A DNA stretch of 64,000 bases, taken from a bacterium (GTDB taxonomy: Bacteria > Myxococcota > UBA727 > JAUIJE01). The translations under genes were made by a program, and so were the position numbers. Shown one piece after another: positions 1 to 8,650 of the stretch. The notes under the pieces were generated by a model, which saw nothing but the letters and a program-made list of their open reading frames with translations, was not told the origin of the DNA and made no database searches. How positions within the stretch are numbered: position 1 is the stretch's first letter; each line of letters opens with the position of its first letter. The stretch is from positions 193,294-257,293 of the forward strand of contig JAUIJE010000002.1 in assembly GCA_030431455.1 (NCBI GenBank), read 5' to 3'.

Positions 1-120
1 GCGCGTCACCGGCGGGAGTCGAACCCGCGCCACCAATCAAATGTAGTCTTCCCCCGCATTCGTCGAACCTGCCAAACGGCCCATCACTCCCTTCGTTCGA
101 TTTCGCTCCTGAACAATCTC
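1..120 (-). ncRNA. Candidate tRNA-like non-coding RNA element, possibly a YrlA-type Y RNA. It is partial and runs off the window start.
   Basis: The minus strand carries a near-perfect tRNA T-arm, GCGGG-TTCGACT-CCCGC (rc of 12..28), followed by a 7-nt acceptor-like 3' strand. Two more GGTTCGA/ATCGAAC T-loop-like motifs lie at rc 61..73 and 94..106. It sits immediately 3' of rsr on the same strand. No 5' acceptor partner is present, so it is not a canonical tRNA. Confidence 0.3.
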
Positions 121-245
121 TGCCCGACCTGCTGGTCAAACCTGATTCTGGTCTCGGCCGCACACCGTCTCCGGTGGCCCGGGGGGACGGCCCCATTGCC
201 GCCCCCCCCCCGCCGCGTACTGGCCCCAAAACGGGCCAAACTCAC

Positions 246-1820
246 TCACAACGTCACGCGCTCGATGCGGCGCACCCACCCGTCTGTGTCGTCGTCACCT
301 TGCGCAAACCGCGCCACCACGTTGAACACCTCGTCGGAAAAGCCGCCGACGTTCAAAATGTCCTGCGCGTTCTGCGCTTGCACCGTGCCGTAGGGCTGAA
401 TGTCAATGCAGACAAGCTTCGCCCCGGGATTGCGCGCACTCAAGATGCGCCAGGCCTCCATGGTGCGGGTGCCGCGGCCGATGCCCGCGTCCACCCACGA
501 TTCGCAATCCGACACCATCACCACCAAGTCCACCCGCGCCTGGTCGCGCACGAGCTTTTCGAGGGGCGCGGCACAGTTGGTGCCGCCCGACGGAATCTTG
601 GTGAGCCCGTCGGCGATGGTGAGCACGGTGTCCCGCGGGTTGAACGCGTGCTCGACCACCCGATCGTGGAACGGGATGAGCCGCGCCCGGTTGTTCTTCC
701 GCACCATCGCCGCCCCGAAGAGCGCGGCCACGTCGAGACAGCGCACCGCGGTGGTCGACCCGCGCCGGTACCCGGTCACCGGGCTCTGCATCGACCCCGA
801 CACGTCGATGCACACCGCCACGTCGCCGTCGATGCGGGGCACTTTTTGGAGCGCGACCTCCATCGCGTCCTGCAGCGCATCGGTGATGGGCCGCGGCATA
901 CCCCACGCGTTTTTGTACGCGGTCATCAACTGGTACGGGAACACCCGCGCCTTTTTGATCTCCTCCTTGTCCGCCAGGCGCTTGGCGATGGTCCGCACGA
1001 GGCGGGCATCGGTGAGCACGCCGTGGCGCGCAAACGTGTTCAAGTTCATGCGCGTCATCTGCCAACCGGCATCGCGCGCCACCTGCTTCCAGTCCTCGCG
1101 GTCGAGCCCGAGGCTCTGCACCATTTGGAACGGCACCTTCGGGGGCACCGCCCGACGAGAACCCGCCTGACGCAAGGCCTTGTAGGCCTCGTACTGCTGG
1201 ACCAGGTCCGGCAATGCCTCTGCGTCCACGTCCTTGCCGAGCAAGTACCCGTAGAACGCCGCGCGCTTCTCGGTCGCGGGCTTGGGGTGCACCATCTTGA
1301 TGATGTCCGCCATGCTCGGCGACTGGCCCACCGACTGGCGGAACAGCCACTCTTCGTCCCGCCCCGCCAACCACTCGCGCACCATGCGCTTGGGCCGGGT
1401 CCCGAGGGATTTACGGGGCACCGCCCCCGAGCGCATGATCTGCACAAAGTTGCGCAGCATCTTGCCGTTGTCGATCACGCGGCCGAAGATGTGCTCGGCG
1501 AGCTCGCCATGCTCGACGGTGAGCAGCGCCAAGAGCAGCGCGGGCACGTCCTTCATATACATTTTTTCGCGCATGTAGACCGCGCACTGGGCCACGAAGG
1601 CAGGATCGTCGCCGGCCACGTCGATGGCCGCCATCAACACCTCTTGCAGCTGGGTCTCGGCCCCCGCGTAAAAGGTGCGGTTGAGGCACCCGGTGGCGGT
1701 GTATTGGGCCAACGCCTGCTTGGCGGTGAGCTGGTAGGCCTTGCCTCCAGCTTCATTGCGCACGGTCGCGCGCGGAATGAGTTTGCCCACCACAGATTGA
1801 AACAAAGTTTTGTTGGCCAT
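246..1820 (-). CDS. rsr: Ro60-like ribonucleoprotein Rsr, with a TROVE domain and a C-terminal vWA domain
   Basis: 525 aa. It has a TROVE-like N-terminal region and a vWA domain with the MIDAS motif D-V-S-G-S-M (CIDVSGSM). The RBS GGGAGG lies 6 nt upstream of the ATG at 1820. The ORF-track start at 2006 is rejected because the terminator hairpin lies upstream of it. Confidence 0.88.
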   Translation of the reverse strand: MANKTLFQSVVGKLIPRATVRNEAGGKAYQLTAKQALAQYTATGCLNRTFYAGAETQLQEVLMAAIDVAGDDPAFVAQCAVYMREKMYMKDVPALLLALLTVEHGELAEHIFGRVIDNGKMLRNFVQIMRSGAVPRKSLGTRPKRMVREWLAGRDEEWLFRQSVGQSPSMADIIKMVHPKPATEKRAAFYGYLLGKDVDAEALPDLVQQYEAYKALRQAGSRRAVPPKVPFQMVQSLGLDREDWKQVARDAGWQMTRMNLNTFARHGVLTDARLVRTIAKRLADKEEIKKARVFPYQLMTAYKNAWGMPRPITDALQDAMEVALQKVPRIDGDVAVCIDVSGSMQSPVTGYRRGSTTAVRCLDVAALFGAAMVRKNNRARLIPFHDRVVEHAFNPRDTVLTIADGLTKIPSGGTNCAAPLEKLVRDQARVDLVVMVSDCESWVDAGIGRGTRTMEAWRILSARNPGAKLVCIDIQPYGTVQAQNAQDILNVGGFSDEVFNVVARFAQGDDDTDGWVRRIERVTL

Positions 1821-2002
1821 CGTGTCCCTCCCGGCAAATGTCCTGGGTTGCGGAAGACACTGCGCGAGGCGGGCCAACTTTCGTCGGTGACGTAAGATGC
1901 TGTTTTTATTGGATATTGTGAATCGTGGGCGGTTCCGGATTGATACAATGCGCTCGTATATTATCCAGCGAGATAGGCGATGCGCACGGTGCGGCCGCGG
2001 CC

Positions 2003-2047
2003 CCAAAAAAGGTGCGGGGGCCCGGCGACAAGCACCGGACCCCCGCT
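2003..2047 (-). terminator. Rho-independent terminator of the fasciclin gene
   Basis: On the minus strand a 12-bp GC stem GCGGGGGTCCGG/CCGGGCCCCCGC with a 9-nt loop is followed by ACCTTTTTTGG. It lies directly 3' of the stop at 2087. Confidence 0.6.
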
Positions 2048-2086
2048 GGTCTGGTCTGGGAAGACCGAGGAAGACCGAAGGAAGGC

Positions 2087-3973
2087 CTAATTGCTGGGCG
2101 GCAGGAGCACGGTGTCGATGACGTGGATGACGCCGTTGCTGGTTTCGATGTCGGTGTACGTCACCGTGGCGGCGCCGTTGAGCACCACGCCATCGGAGGC
2201 ATCGATGGCGATGGTGGGGTTGCCGGTGGCCGCGGTGGCCACGCTGGTCAGGCCCACCACGGTGGCGGCCAAGTTGGTGCCGGGCACGACGTGGTAGAGC
2301 AGCACGTTGGCCAGCTCCGCTTGGCTGAGGCCGCTGATGTCACCGAGGGCGGCGAAGGCTTCGTTGGTCGGCGCCAACACCGTGTAGGTGGTGCCGTCGT
2401 CGACCGCCAAGGTGGTGGCGAGGTCGGCGGTCACCACCGCGTCCACCAGCGACGAGAACCGGGGGTAGGCGGACAGGGCGTCGACCAAGTTCCCGGGGAA
2501 CACCGCCTCTTGGGGCAAGATCACGCCGTCCACGACGTGGATGAGCCCGTTTTGTGCGGGCACGTCGGTGGCGGTGACCTGGGCGGTGCCGTTGAGCACC
2601 ACGGTGCCGTTGTCGATTTGGATCGACAGCTCGGTGCTGTTGAGCATGGTGGCGGAGGAGAGCCCGACCACCGCGCCGCTGTCCACGATTCCATCGGTCA
2701 CGTGGTGCAAAAGAATGGGGGAGAGCGTGGGGGTCCCGGGCTCGCCCACGAGGGTGGCGACCAGGCCCGCGGGCAGAAGGTCGAACGCGTCGTCGGTGGG
2801 GGCGAACACGGTGAACGGCCCATTGGGCGAGCCGACATCGTCCGCGAGTTCGGCCGCGCCGAGGGCGGTGACCAGGGTGGAAAAGCCCGCGTCGGTGGCC
2901 ACGGTGGGGATGTCCCCGGGGGGCAAGAGCACCGCGTCGATGACGTGGATGACGCCGTTGGTGGTCTGGATGTCGGTGAAGGTCACGTTGACGGTGTCGT
3001 TGAGCACCACGCCCCCATCGACCACGTCCACGGTCACCGGCGCGCCCAGGGCGGTCTCGGCGGTGACGAGGCCGACCACGGTCTCGGCGGTCACCGCGCC
3101 GGGGACCACGTGGTAGAGGAGCACGTCGGCGAGTTCGGCTGGGCTGAGGCCGCTGATGTCGCCCAGCGCGGCAAACGCGTTGTTGGTGGGGGCGAACACG
3201 GTGAAGGTGTTGGCCTCATCGCCGAGGGTGGTGGCCAGGTCCGCGGTGACCACCGCGTCGACCAGGTCTGAGAACCGTGGATAGCTGGACAGGGCGTCAA
3301 CCAAGGTGCCCGGGAAGTCGTTGCCGGGGACGAGCACGCCATCGAGCACGTGAATCACGCCGTTGTCGGCCACGATGTCGGTGGCGGTGACCTGGGCGGT
3401 GCCGTTGACGACCACGGTGCCCTGGTCGACCTGGATCGTGATGTCGCCGTTGAGGGTGGTGGCGCTGTCCAAGGTCACCACCGTGTCCTCCCGGACGTCT
3501 CCGCTGATCACGTGGTGCTGCAAGATGCCGGTCAGGGTGGGCACGTCCGCCAACAGGGCGTCGACCAACCCCGCCGGCAACGCCGCGAACGCGTCATCGG
3601 TGGGCGCCAAGACGGTGTACAGATCCTCCCCGTCCAGGGTCTCGACCAAACCCGCCGCGGTCACCGCCGCCACCAGCGTGTCGAAGTTGCCGTCGCTGCT
3701 CGCGATGTCCACGATGCTGTTGTCCCCGTCACCATCACCATCACCATCACCATCCCCATCCCCATCTCCGTCGCCATCCCCATCCCCATCCCCATCACCG
3801 TCGCCGTCGCCATCCCCGTCGCCGTCGCCATCGCCGTCGCCATCGCCGTCCCCGTCACCATCGCCGTCGCCATCACCATCGCCCGCGGTGTCGCTGGGGC
3901 AGGCGGTCAGGCCGAGGGGAAGAGCGGCCATGAGCGCGGCCACCAGTGTCATTGTCCAGGTTTGTTTCAGCAT
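2087..3973 (-). CDS. Secreted lipoprotein with four fasciclin (FAS1) domains and a long (Gly-Asp)n linker
   Basis: There is a signal peptide with a lipobox (LGLTAC). The FAS1 signature TVFAPTNxAF recurs four times. About 33 GD dipeptide repeats follow the lipobox. Confidence 0.9.
   Translation of the reverse strand: MLKQTWTMTLVAALMAALPLGLTACPSDTAGDGDGDGDGDGDGDGDGDGDGDGDGDGDGDGDGDGDGDGDGDGDGDGDGDGDGDNSIVDIASSDGNFDTLVAAVTAAGLVETLDGEDLYTVLAPTDDAFAALPAGLVDALLADVPTLTGILQHHVISGDVREDTVVTLDSATTLNGDITIQVDQGTVVVNGTAQVTATDIVADNGVIHVLDGVLVPGNDFPGTLVDALSSYPRFSDLVDAVVTADLATTLGDEANTFTVFAPTNNAFAALGDISGLSPAELADVLLYHVVPGAVTAETVVGLVTAETALGAPVTVDVVDGGVVLNDTVNVTFTDIQTTNGVIHVIDAVLLPPGDIPTVATDAGFSTLVTALGAAELADDVGSPNGPFTVFAPTDDAFDLLPAGLVATLVGEPGTPTLSPILLHHVTDGIVDSGAVVGLSSATMLNSTELSIQIDNGTVVLNGTAQVTATDVPAQNGLIHVVDGVILPQEAVFPGNLVDALSAYPRFSSLVDAVVTADLATTLAVDDGTTYTVLAPTNEAFAALGDISGLSQAELANVLLYHVVPGTNLAATVVGLTSVATAATGNPTIAIDASDGVVLNGAATVTYTDIETSNGVIHVIDTVLLPPSN
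3700..3890. repeat. Imperfect hexanucleotide tandem repeat (GTCDCC/GGHGAC)n encoding (GD)~33
   Basis: Runs of gtcgccatc/gtcaccatc units inside the fasciclin CDS form a low-complexity coding microsatellite. Confidence 0.8.
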
Positions 3974-4124
3974 CGCTTGTCACTCCATTGTTGTGCCAGC
4001 AGCGGCATTGTGTGACCGATGCCTCTTCGATCGATGTGGTGACAAGAATTGCGTGAACTGTGGATCGGCTTTTTTGTCCAGAAACGCAGTATGGGAGCGC
4101 GATCGGACCGGCTATACGCAGGGC

Positions 4125-5717
4125 ATGGCCACGGTGGCGTACGGCATGTTGGGCACGACCCTCGATCGCATGGGCGCGCGGCGTTGGGATCGCTGGCGCC
4201 CGACGGTGGGGCTGTGCCAACAAGACGACCTGCTCATCGACAAGCTGGTGCTGCTGCACCCCGCCCGGAGCAAACGCCTGGGACATGAGGTGCAGCAGGA
4301 CATCGCCACGGTGTCGCCCGAGACCTCCGTCGAGCTGGTCGAGCTGTCGTTTCGCAACCCCTGGGACTTTGAAGAGGTCTACGGCAAGCTCTACGCGTTC
4401 TTGCAGACCCAGACCTTCCGCCCCAGCCGCGACGACTACCTGGTGCACATCACCACCGGCACCCACGTGGCCCAGATCTGTTGGTTCTTGCTCACCGAGA
4501 GCCGCCACATCCCCGCGCGCTTGGTGCAGACCTCCCCGAGCAACCAAAAGGAGGACGTGGCCGGGCGCGCCGACGTCATCGACCTCGACCTCTCCAAGTA
4601 CGACGCCCTCTGGCGGCGCTTTGCCAAAGAGCGCGAAGATGCACTGACATTCCTCAAGTCCGGCATCGCCACCCGCAACGAAGCGTTCAACGCCCAGATC
4701 GAACAGATCGAGCGCGTGGCGCTCTCCTCCAAAGAGCCCATGCTGCTCATGGGCCCCACCGGGGCGGGCAAGTCGCACCTCGCCTCCCGCATCTACGAGC
4801 TGAAGAACACCCGCCACCAGACCTTCGGGGACTTCGTCGAGGTCAACTGCGCGACCCTGCGCGGGGACGGGGCGATGAGCGCGCTGTTTGGGCACAAAAA
4901 GGGCGCGTTCACCGGGGCGAGCACCGACCGGGCCGGCCTGCTCAAGAAGGCGGACAAGGGCCTGCTCTTCCTCGACGAAATCGGCGAGCTCGGTCTCGAC
5001 GAGCAGGCCATGTTGCTGCGCGCCCTCGAGGACAAACGGTTCTTGCCCCTGGGGGCGGACAAGGAAGTGGACAGCGACTTTCAGCTCATCGCCGGCACCA
5101 ACCGCGACCTGTCCGAGCGCGTGGCCGAGGGCGGCTTTCGCGACGACCTGCTCGCGCGCATCGACGTGTGGACCTTTCGCCTGCCCGGGCTGCGCGACCG
5201 CATCGAGGACCTCGAGCCCAACCTCGTGTTCGAGCTCGACCGGTTCGAGCAGCGCTACCGGGGGCGGGTCACGTTCAACAAGTCGGCCAAGGCGCGTTAC
5301 CTGTCGTTCGCCACGTCCCCGCACGCGACCTGGGCGGGCAACTTCCGCGACCTGAACAAGAGCGTCACCCGCATGGCCACCCTCGCCCAGGGAGGGCGCA
5401 TCGACGACGAGGTGGTGCAGGGCGAGATCGAACGGCTTGCGCAAAGCTGGGCCAAGACCACGCCGCTGTCCGACGCACAGAAGTTCGCCCGGGACCTGCT
5501 CGGGGACGAGGCCTGGGCCGACATCGACCCGTTTGACCAGCCCCAGCTGGCCCACGCGGTGTTCGTGTGCCGGCAGGCCAAGAGCTTGTCCGAGGCGGGG
5601 CGCACCCTGTTCGCGGTGTCGCGGCAAAAGCGGCGCTCGACCAACGACGCGGACCGGCTGCGCAAATACCTCGCCCGGTTCGGCCTCAGCTATTCACAGA
5701 TTCAGGAGGCCTCGTGA
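4125..5717 (+). CDS. rtcR: Sigma54-dependent transcriptional regulator RtcR, with an N-terminal CARF-like sensor, an AAA+ sigma54 activator domain and a C-terminal HTH
   Basis: 531 aa that are colinear with E. coli RtcR from the N-terminus (MATVAYGMLGTTLDRMG...WRPTVGLCQQ...) through the Walker A motif GPTGAGKS and the GAFTGA loop to the C-terminal RLRKYLARFGL. The upstream 254 codons of the ORF-track call are antisense to the fasciclin gene and are rejected. Confidence 0.92.
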   Translation: MATVAYGMLGTTLDRMGARRWDRWRPTVGLCQQDDLLIDKLVLLHPARSKRLGHEVQQDIATVSPETSVELVELSFRNPWDFEEVYGKLYAFLQTQTFRPSRDDYLVHITTGTHVAQICWFLLTESRHIPARLVQTSPSNQKEDVAGRADVIDLDLSKYDALWRRFAKEREDALTFLKSGIATRNEAFNAQIEQIERVALSSKEPMLLMGPTGAGKSHLASRIYELKNTRHQTFGDFVEVNCATLRGDGAMSALFGHKKGAFTGASTDRAGLLKKADKGLLFLDEIGELGLDEQAMLLRALEDKRFLPLGADKEVDSDFQLIAGTNRDLSERVAEGGFRDDLLARIDVWTFRLPGLRDRIEDLEPNLVFELDRFEQRYRGRVTFNKSAKARYLSFATSPHATWAGNFRDLNKSVTRMATLAQGGRIDDEVVQGEIERLAQSWAKTTPLSDAQKFARDLLGDEAWADIDPFDQPQLAHAVFVCRQAKSLSEAGRTLFAVSRQKRRSTNDADRLRKYLARFGLSYSQIQEAS

Positions 5718-6571
5718 GCCCCGCCCCGCTGACGGTACAAGGCGTGGCCCGGTTGCGGGCCTGGGACCACGGGGGCGAGGGCCTGCCCCTGGTGCTTTTC
5801 CTACACGGCTTTTTGGACACCGGGCGCAGCTTCGACGACGTGTGCGCGCCCCTGTTGGGCCGGGCGCGGTGCGTGGCCCTCGATTGGCGCGGGCACGGGC
5901 AGAGCCAGATGGCGGGCCCGGGGGCGAGCTTTCATCTGCTCGACCACGTCAAGGACCTGACCTTGGCCCTCGAAGACCTCGAGGACCGCTTTGGGAAGTT
6001 GGCCCTGCTGGTCGGGCACTCCCTGGGCGGCAACACCGCGCTGCTCTATGCAGGGGCATTGCCAGACCGGGTGCCGCGGCTGTTGCTCCTCGATGCGCTG
6101 GGGCCGCCGGCCGAGGACCCGAGCGAACAGCCCGAACGGTTGGGCCACATGCTCGCCTTGCTGTCCGCCAAAAAACCGTTCGCCGTGGTGGCGGACAAGG
6201 ACGAAGCCATCGCCCGGCTGATGCGCAACAACCGCGGCCTGACCGCGACCGGGGCCGAACGCATGGTGCGCCACGCGTTGGTGCCACGAGAGGACGGCGG
6301 CTGGGCATTCCCGTTCGCGCGGGACCTGCGGGGGCCGAACCCGGTGCGCCACCCCGAGGAGATGTGGCTCACCCTGTGCGCGCGGGTCACCGCACGCACC
6401 GTCGTCGTGCGCGCCACGAATGGGTACGTGCCCGAGGGCGATCCCATTCCCGGCCGCATCGCCGCGTTGGGCGCGACGATGTTGACCTGGGACGCGCCCC
6501 ATCACGTGCACGTCGAGCAGCCGGACAATGTCGCCCAGCTGATCGGTACGATGCTCGACGCCGGCGCGTAA
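5714..6571 (+). CDS. Alpha/beta-hydrolase fold protein
   Basis: It contains the nucleophile-elbow motif GHSLGG and an HGF oxyanion motif. The GTG start overlaps the rtcR stop (GTGA) and follows the RBS AGGAGG, which indicates translational coupling with rtcR. Confidence 0.8.
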   Translation: MSPAPLTVQGVARLRAWDHGGEGLPLVLFLHGFLDTGRSFDDVCAPLLGRARCVALDWRGHGQSQMAGPGASFHLLDHVKDLTLALEDLEDRFGKLALLVGHSLGGNTALLYAGALPDRVPRLLLLDALGPPAEDPSEQPERLGHMLALLSAKKPFAVVADKDEAIARLMRNNRGLTATGAERMVRHALVPREDGGWAFPFARDLRGPNPVRHPEEMWLTLCARVTARTVVVRATNGYVPEGDPIPGRIAALGATMLTWDAPHHVHVEQPDNVAQLIGTMLDAGA

Positions 6572-6908
6572 CAGATCTTCACACGACGTCGTGCACGACG
6601 GTCAAACGACCGACGTGGGCTGCGCCACTGCACTGTGCACACGTTTTTTGTCGCGGGTGTTCGCGGGTGTGCGTTTTTCTGACGATCGGTGAGTGTGCCC
6701 ACCGTCGTCGATCATTCACGCTTCTGGTTCGATTCGTTGTTCGTCACAAATCTGTGCGGCGCACACCCCGCAACCTGGATCAAATCCACCGCACGCGGTC
6801 GGGCAAAACGTCTCAGGTGTGTCCGGGGGGAAACACTTTTGTCTCATGACACATCAAAAATCCGTCGGTCCGGTCTCGATCGCGGATGCGGACGCAGGCC
6901 CGCGGGGC

Positions 6909-6925
6909 TGGCACAGCCCGTGCTT
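6909..6925 (+). promoter_or_regulatory. Sigma54 (RpoN) promoter with -24/-12 elements
   Basis: The sequence is TGGCACAGCCCGTGCTT. GG sits at 6910..6911 and GC at 6922..6923, which gives the canonical 12-nt spacing and matches TGGCAC-N5-TTGCW at the conserved positions. It lies ~45 bp upstream of a small ORF that has a strong RBS. Confidence 0.55.
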
Positions 6926-6968
6926 AATCTGGGGGTGCGAACACAACCCGATCACCGGGAGGCTCATC

Positions 6969-7091
6969 ATGCGCAACTCTGAAAAGGTCAAAAACCTCAA
7001 GCAACCTGAGGACCTTCTCGAGGCGTATCAATGGTTGGCCTCGCACCTCGGGCTCGGCCAGGTCAAAAAGCCCGCCGCGGTCCGCGGCTGA
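6969..7091 (+). CDS. Small 40-aa protein (MRNSEKVKNLKQPEDLLEAYQWLASHLGLGQVKKPAAVRG)
   Basis: The RBS GGGAGG lies 8 nt upstream of the ATG. The gene sits between the sigma54 promoter and the FHA-EBP gene. Its local GC is lower than its surroundings. Confidence 0.4.
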   Translation: MRNSEKVKNLKQPEDLLEAYQWLASHLGLGQVKKPAAVRG

Positions 7092-7141
7092 TTTCCGCCG
7101 CTCGCCCGAGCGTCCGCCCAAAGCCCTGACCCGACTGTGTT

Positions 7142-8554
7142 ATGCCTGTCGCGGTGAGCCGCGGCACCCTCGCCAACCTACGAGGCACCATCGTCACCGA
7201 CCACGCGTCGGGGACCCCGGTGGTGCGCACCTACCGCTTGGTGGTGAGCGACGGCCCGGACCAGGGCAAAGAGCACGTGCTCGAGCTCGGCACCACCTTG
7301 GTGGGCAGCCATCCCTCGACGGACTTTGTGCTCACCGACCCGCGGGTGTCGCGCCGGCACTGCGAGCTGCGGGTGGTCGCCGACGGTGTCCAGGTTCGGG
7401 ACCTGGGCAGCAAAAACGGCATCTTCGTCGGCCGGGTCAAGGTCGAGCAAGCGGTGTTGCTCCCCGGGGCCAAGCTGCGGCTCGGCGACACCAAAATCGC
7501 GGTGCACAACCTCGACGCGTCGGTGGAGGTGGGAGACCTCGCCACCTTCGGCGACCTGCGCACCGAGAGCCCGGCGATGAAATCGGTGTTCGGCCTTCTG
7601 TCCCGGGCCTCGACCTCGGACGCGACCATTCTCCTCGAGGGCGAGACGGGGGTGGGCAAGGACGTGCTCGCGCGCACCATCCACGCGCAGAGCCACCGGG
7701 CCAAAGGGCCGCTGGTGGTGTTCGACTGCAGCGCGGTGTCCGAGTCGCTGATCGCGGGGGAGCTGTTTGGGCACAAAAAGGGCGCGTTCACCGGGGCGAC
7801 CACCGACCGGGCGGGGGTGTTCGAGGAGGCCGCGGGGGGTACGGTGTTCCTCGACGAGGTGGGCGAGCTCAGCCTCGACCTTCAGCCAATGCTGTTGCGT
7901 GCCCTGGAGAACCGCCAGGTGCGCCGGGTGGGCGAAGCCAAGAGCCGGGACATCGACGTGCGGGTGGTGGCGGCCACCAACCGGGACCTGATGGCCGAGG
8001 TCAAAGCCGGGCGGTTTCGCCAGGACCTCTTTTACCGGCTCGCCATCGTCAAGGTCTCGGTCCCGCCCTTGCGGGAGCGCAAGGCGGACCTGCCCTTGTT
8101 GGCCAAGGTGCTGCTCGAGCGGCTCGGCCTGTCCGGCGACGTGCTCACCCGGTCGGACATGCGCGCGCTCACCGCCTACGACTGGCCCGGCAACGTGCGC
8201 GAGCTCAAGAACATGCTCGAACAGTCCATGGCCTTGTCCGACGAGCACGAGTTCGTGCTCCTCGGTCCCCGGGGGGCGAACGAGCCGGGCCCGCCCACCG
8301 CCGTCGACGAGGACGGTGACGACGACGATTTTGGTGAGGGCGAAAACACCATGACCGGGGTGGGCGGCCCCCTCGACGTCAAAAAGCCTTACAAAGAGGC
8401 CCGCGAAGATGTGCTCCGCTCGTTCGAGCAGCGCTACATCGAGTCGTTGCTCAAGGCCCACGACGGCAATGTGTCGGCCGCGGCCCGGGCCGCGGGCATC
8501 GACCGCAATTACGTCTACCGGCTGATGAAGCGGTTCGGCATCGAAAAGCCCTGA
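7142..8554 (+). CDS. Sigma54-dependent transcriptional activator with an N-terminal FHA domain
   Basis: It has an FHA domain (CELRVVADGVQVRDLGSKNGIFVG), an AAA+ domain (GETGVGKD, GAFTGA, the ESELFGH-like ELFGHKKG) and a C-terminal Fis-type HTH. Confidence 0.9.
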   Translation: MPVAVSRGTLANLRGTIVTDHASGTPVVRTYRLVVSDGPDQGKEHVLELGTTLVGSHPSTDFVLTDPRVSRRHCELRVVADGVQVRDLGSKNGIFVGRVKVEQAVLLPGAKLRLGDTKIAVHNLDASVEVGDLATFGDLRTESPAMKSVFGLLSRASTSDATILLEGETGVGKDVLARTIHAQSHRAKGPLVVFDCSAVSESLIAGELFGHKKGAFTGATTDRAGVFEEAAGGTVFLDEVGELSLDLQPMLLRALENRQVRRVGEAKSRDIDVRVVAATNRDLMAEVKAGRFRQDLFYRLAIVKVSVPPLRERKADLPLLAKVLLERLGLSGDVLTRSDMRALTAYDWPGNVRELKNMLEQSMALSDEHEFVLLGPRGANEPGPPTAVDEDGDDDDFGEGENTMTGVGGPLDVKKPYKEAREDVLRSFEQRYIESLLKAHDGNVSAAARAAGIDRNYVYRLMKRFGIEKP

Positions 8555-8650
8555 CCGCCCTCGGGTCGAGTGTGCGCTGAGTCGCCAAACGACAGACCAA
8601 AATCAGGCGCGTTCACAGTCTTTCATGTCGCGGCGCGCTAGGGTCACGTC

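Noticed and set aside
1-90. Canonical tRNA gene on the minus strand
   Set aside because: The T-arm and 3' acceptor strand are present, but no complementary 5' acceptor strand (GTCACCG) exists within 100 nt and there is no D-arm or anticodon-arm arrangement. It was kept only as a tRNA-like ncRNA candidate.
174-1895. 573-aa plus-strand ORF
   Set aside because: It is antisense to rsr, Arg/His/Gly-rich with low complexity, and has no motifs.
3363-4124. N-terminal 254-codon extension of the rtcR ORF
   Set aside because: It overlaps the fasciclin gene in antisense and has Ser/Pro-rich low complexity. Homology to RtcR begins at the ATG at 4125.
3974-4124. Sigma54 promoter for the fasciclin/rsr transcription unit
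   Set aside because: A TGGCAC on the minus strand near 3995 lacks a GC at the +12 position and is only ~25 nt from the ATG. No correctly spaced -24/-12 pair was found in 1821..2086 either.
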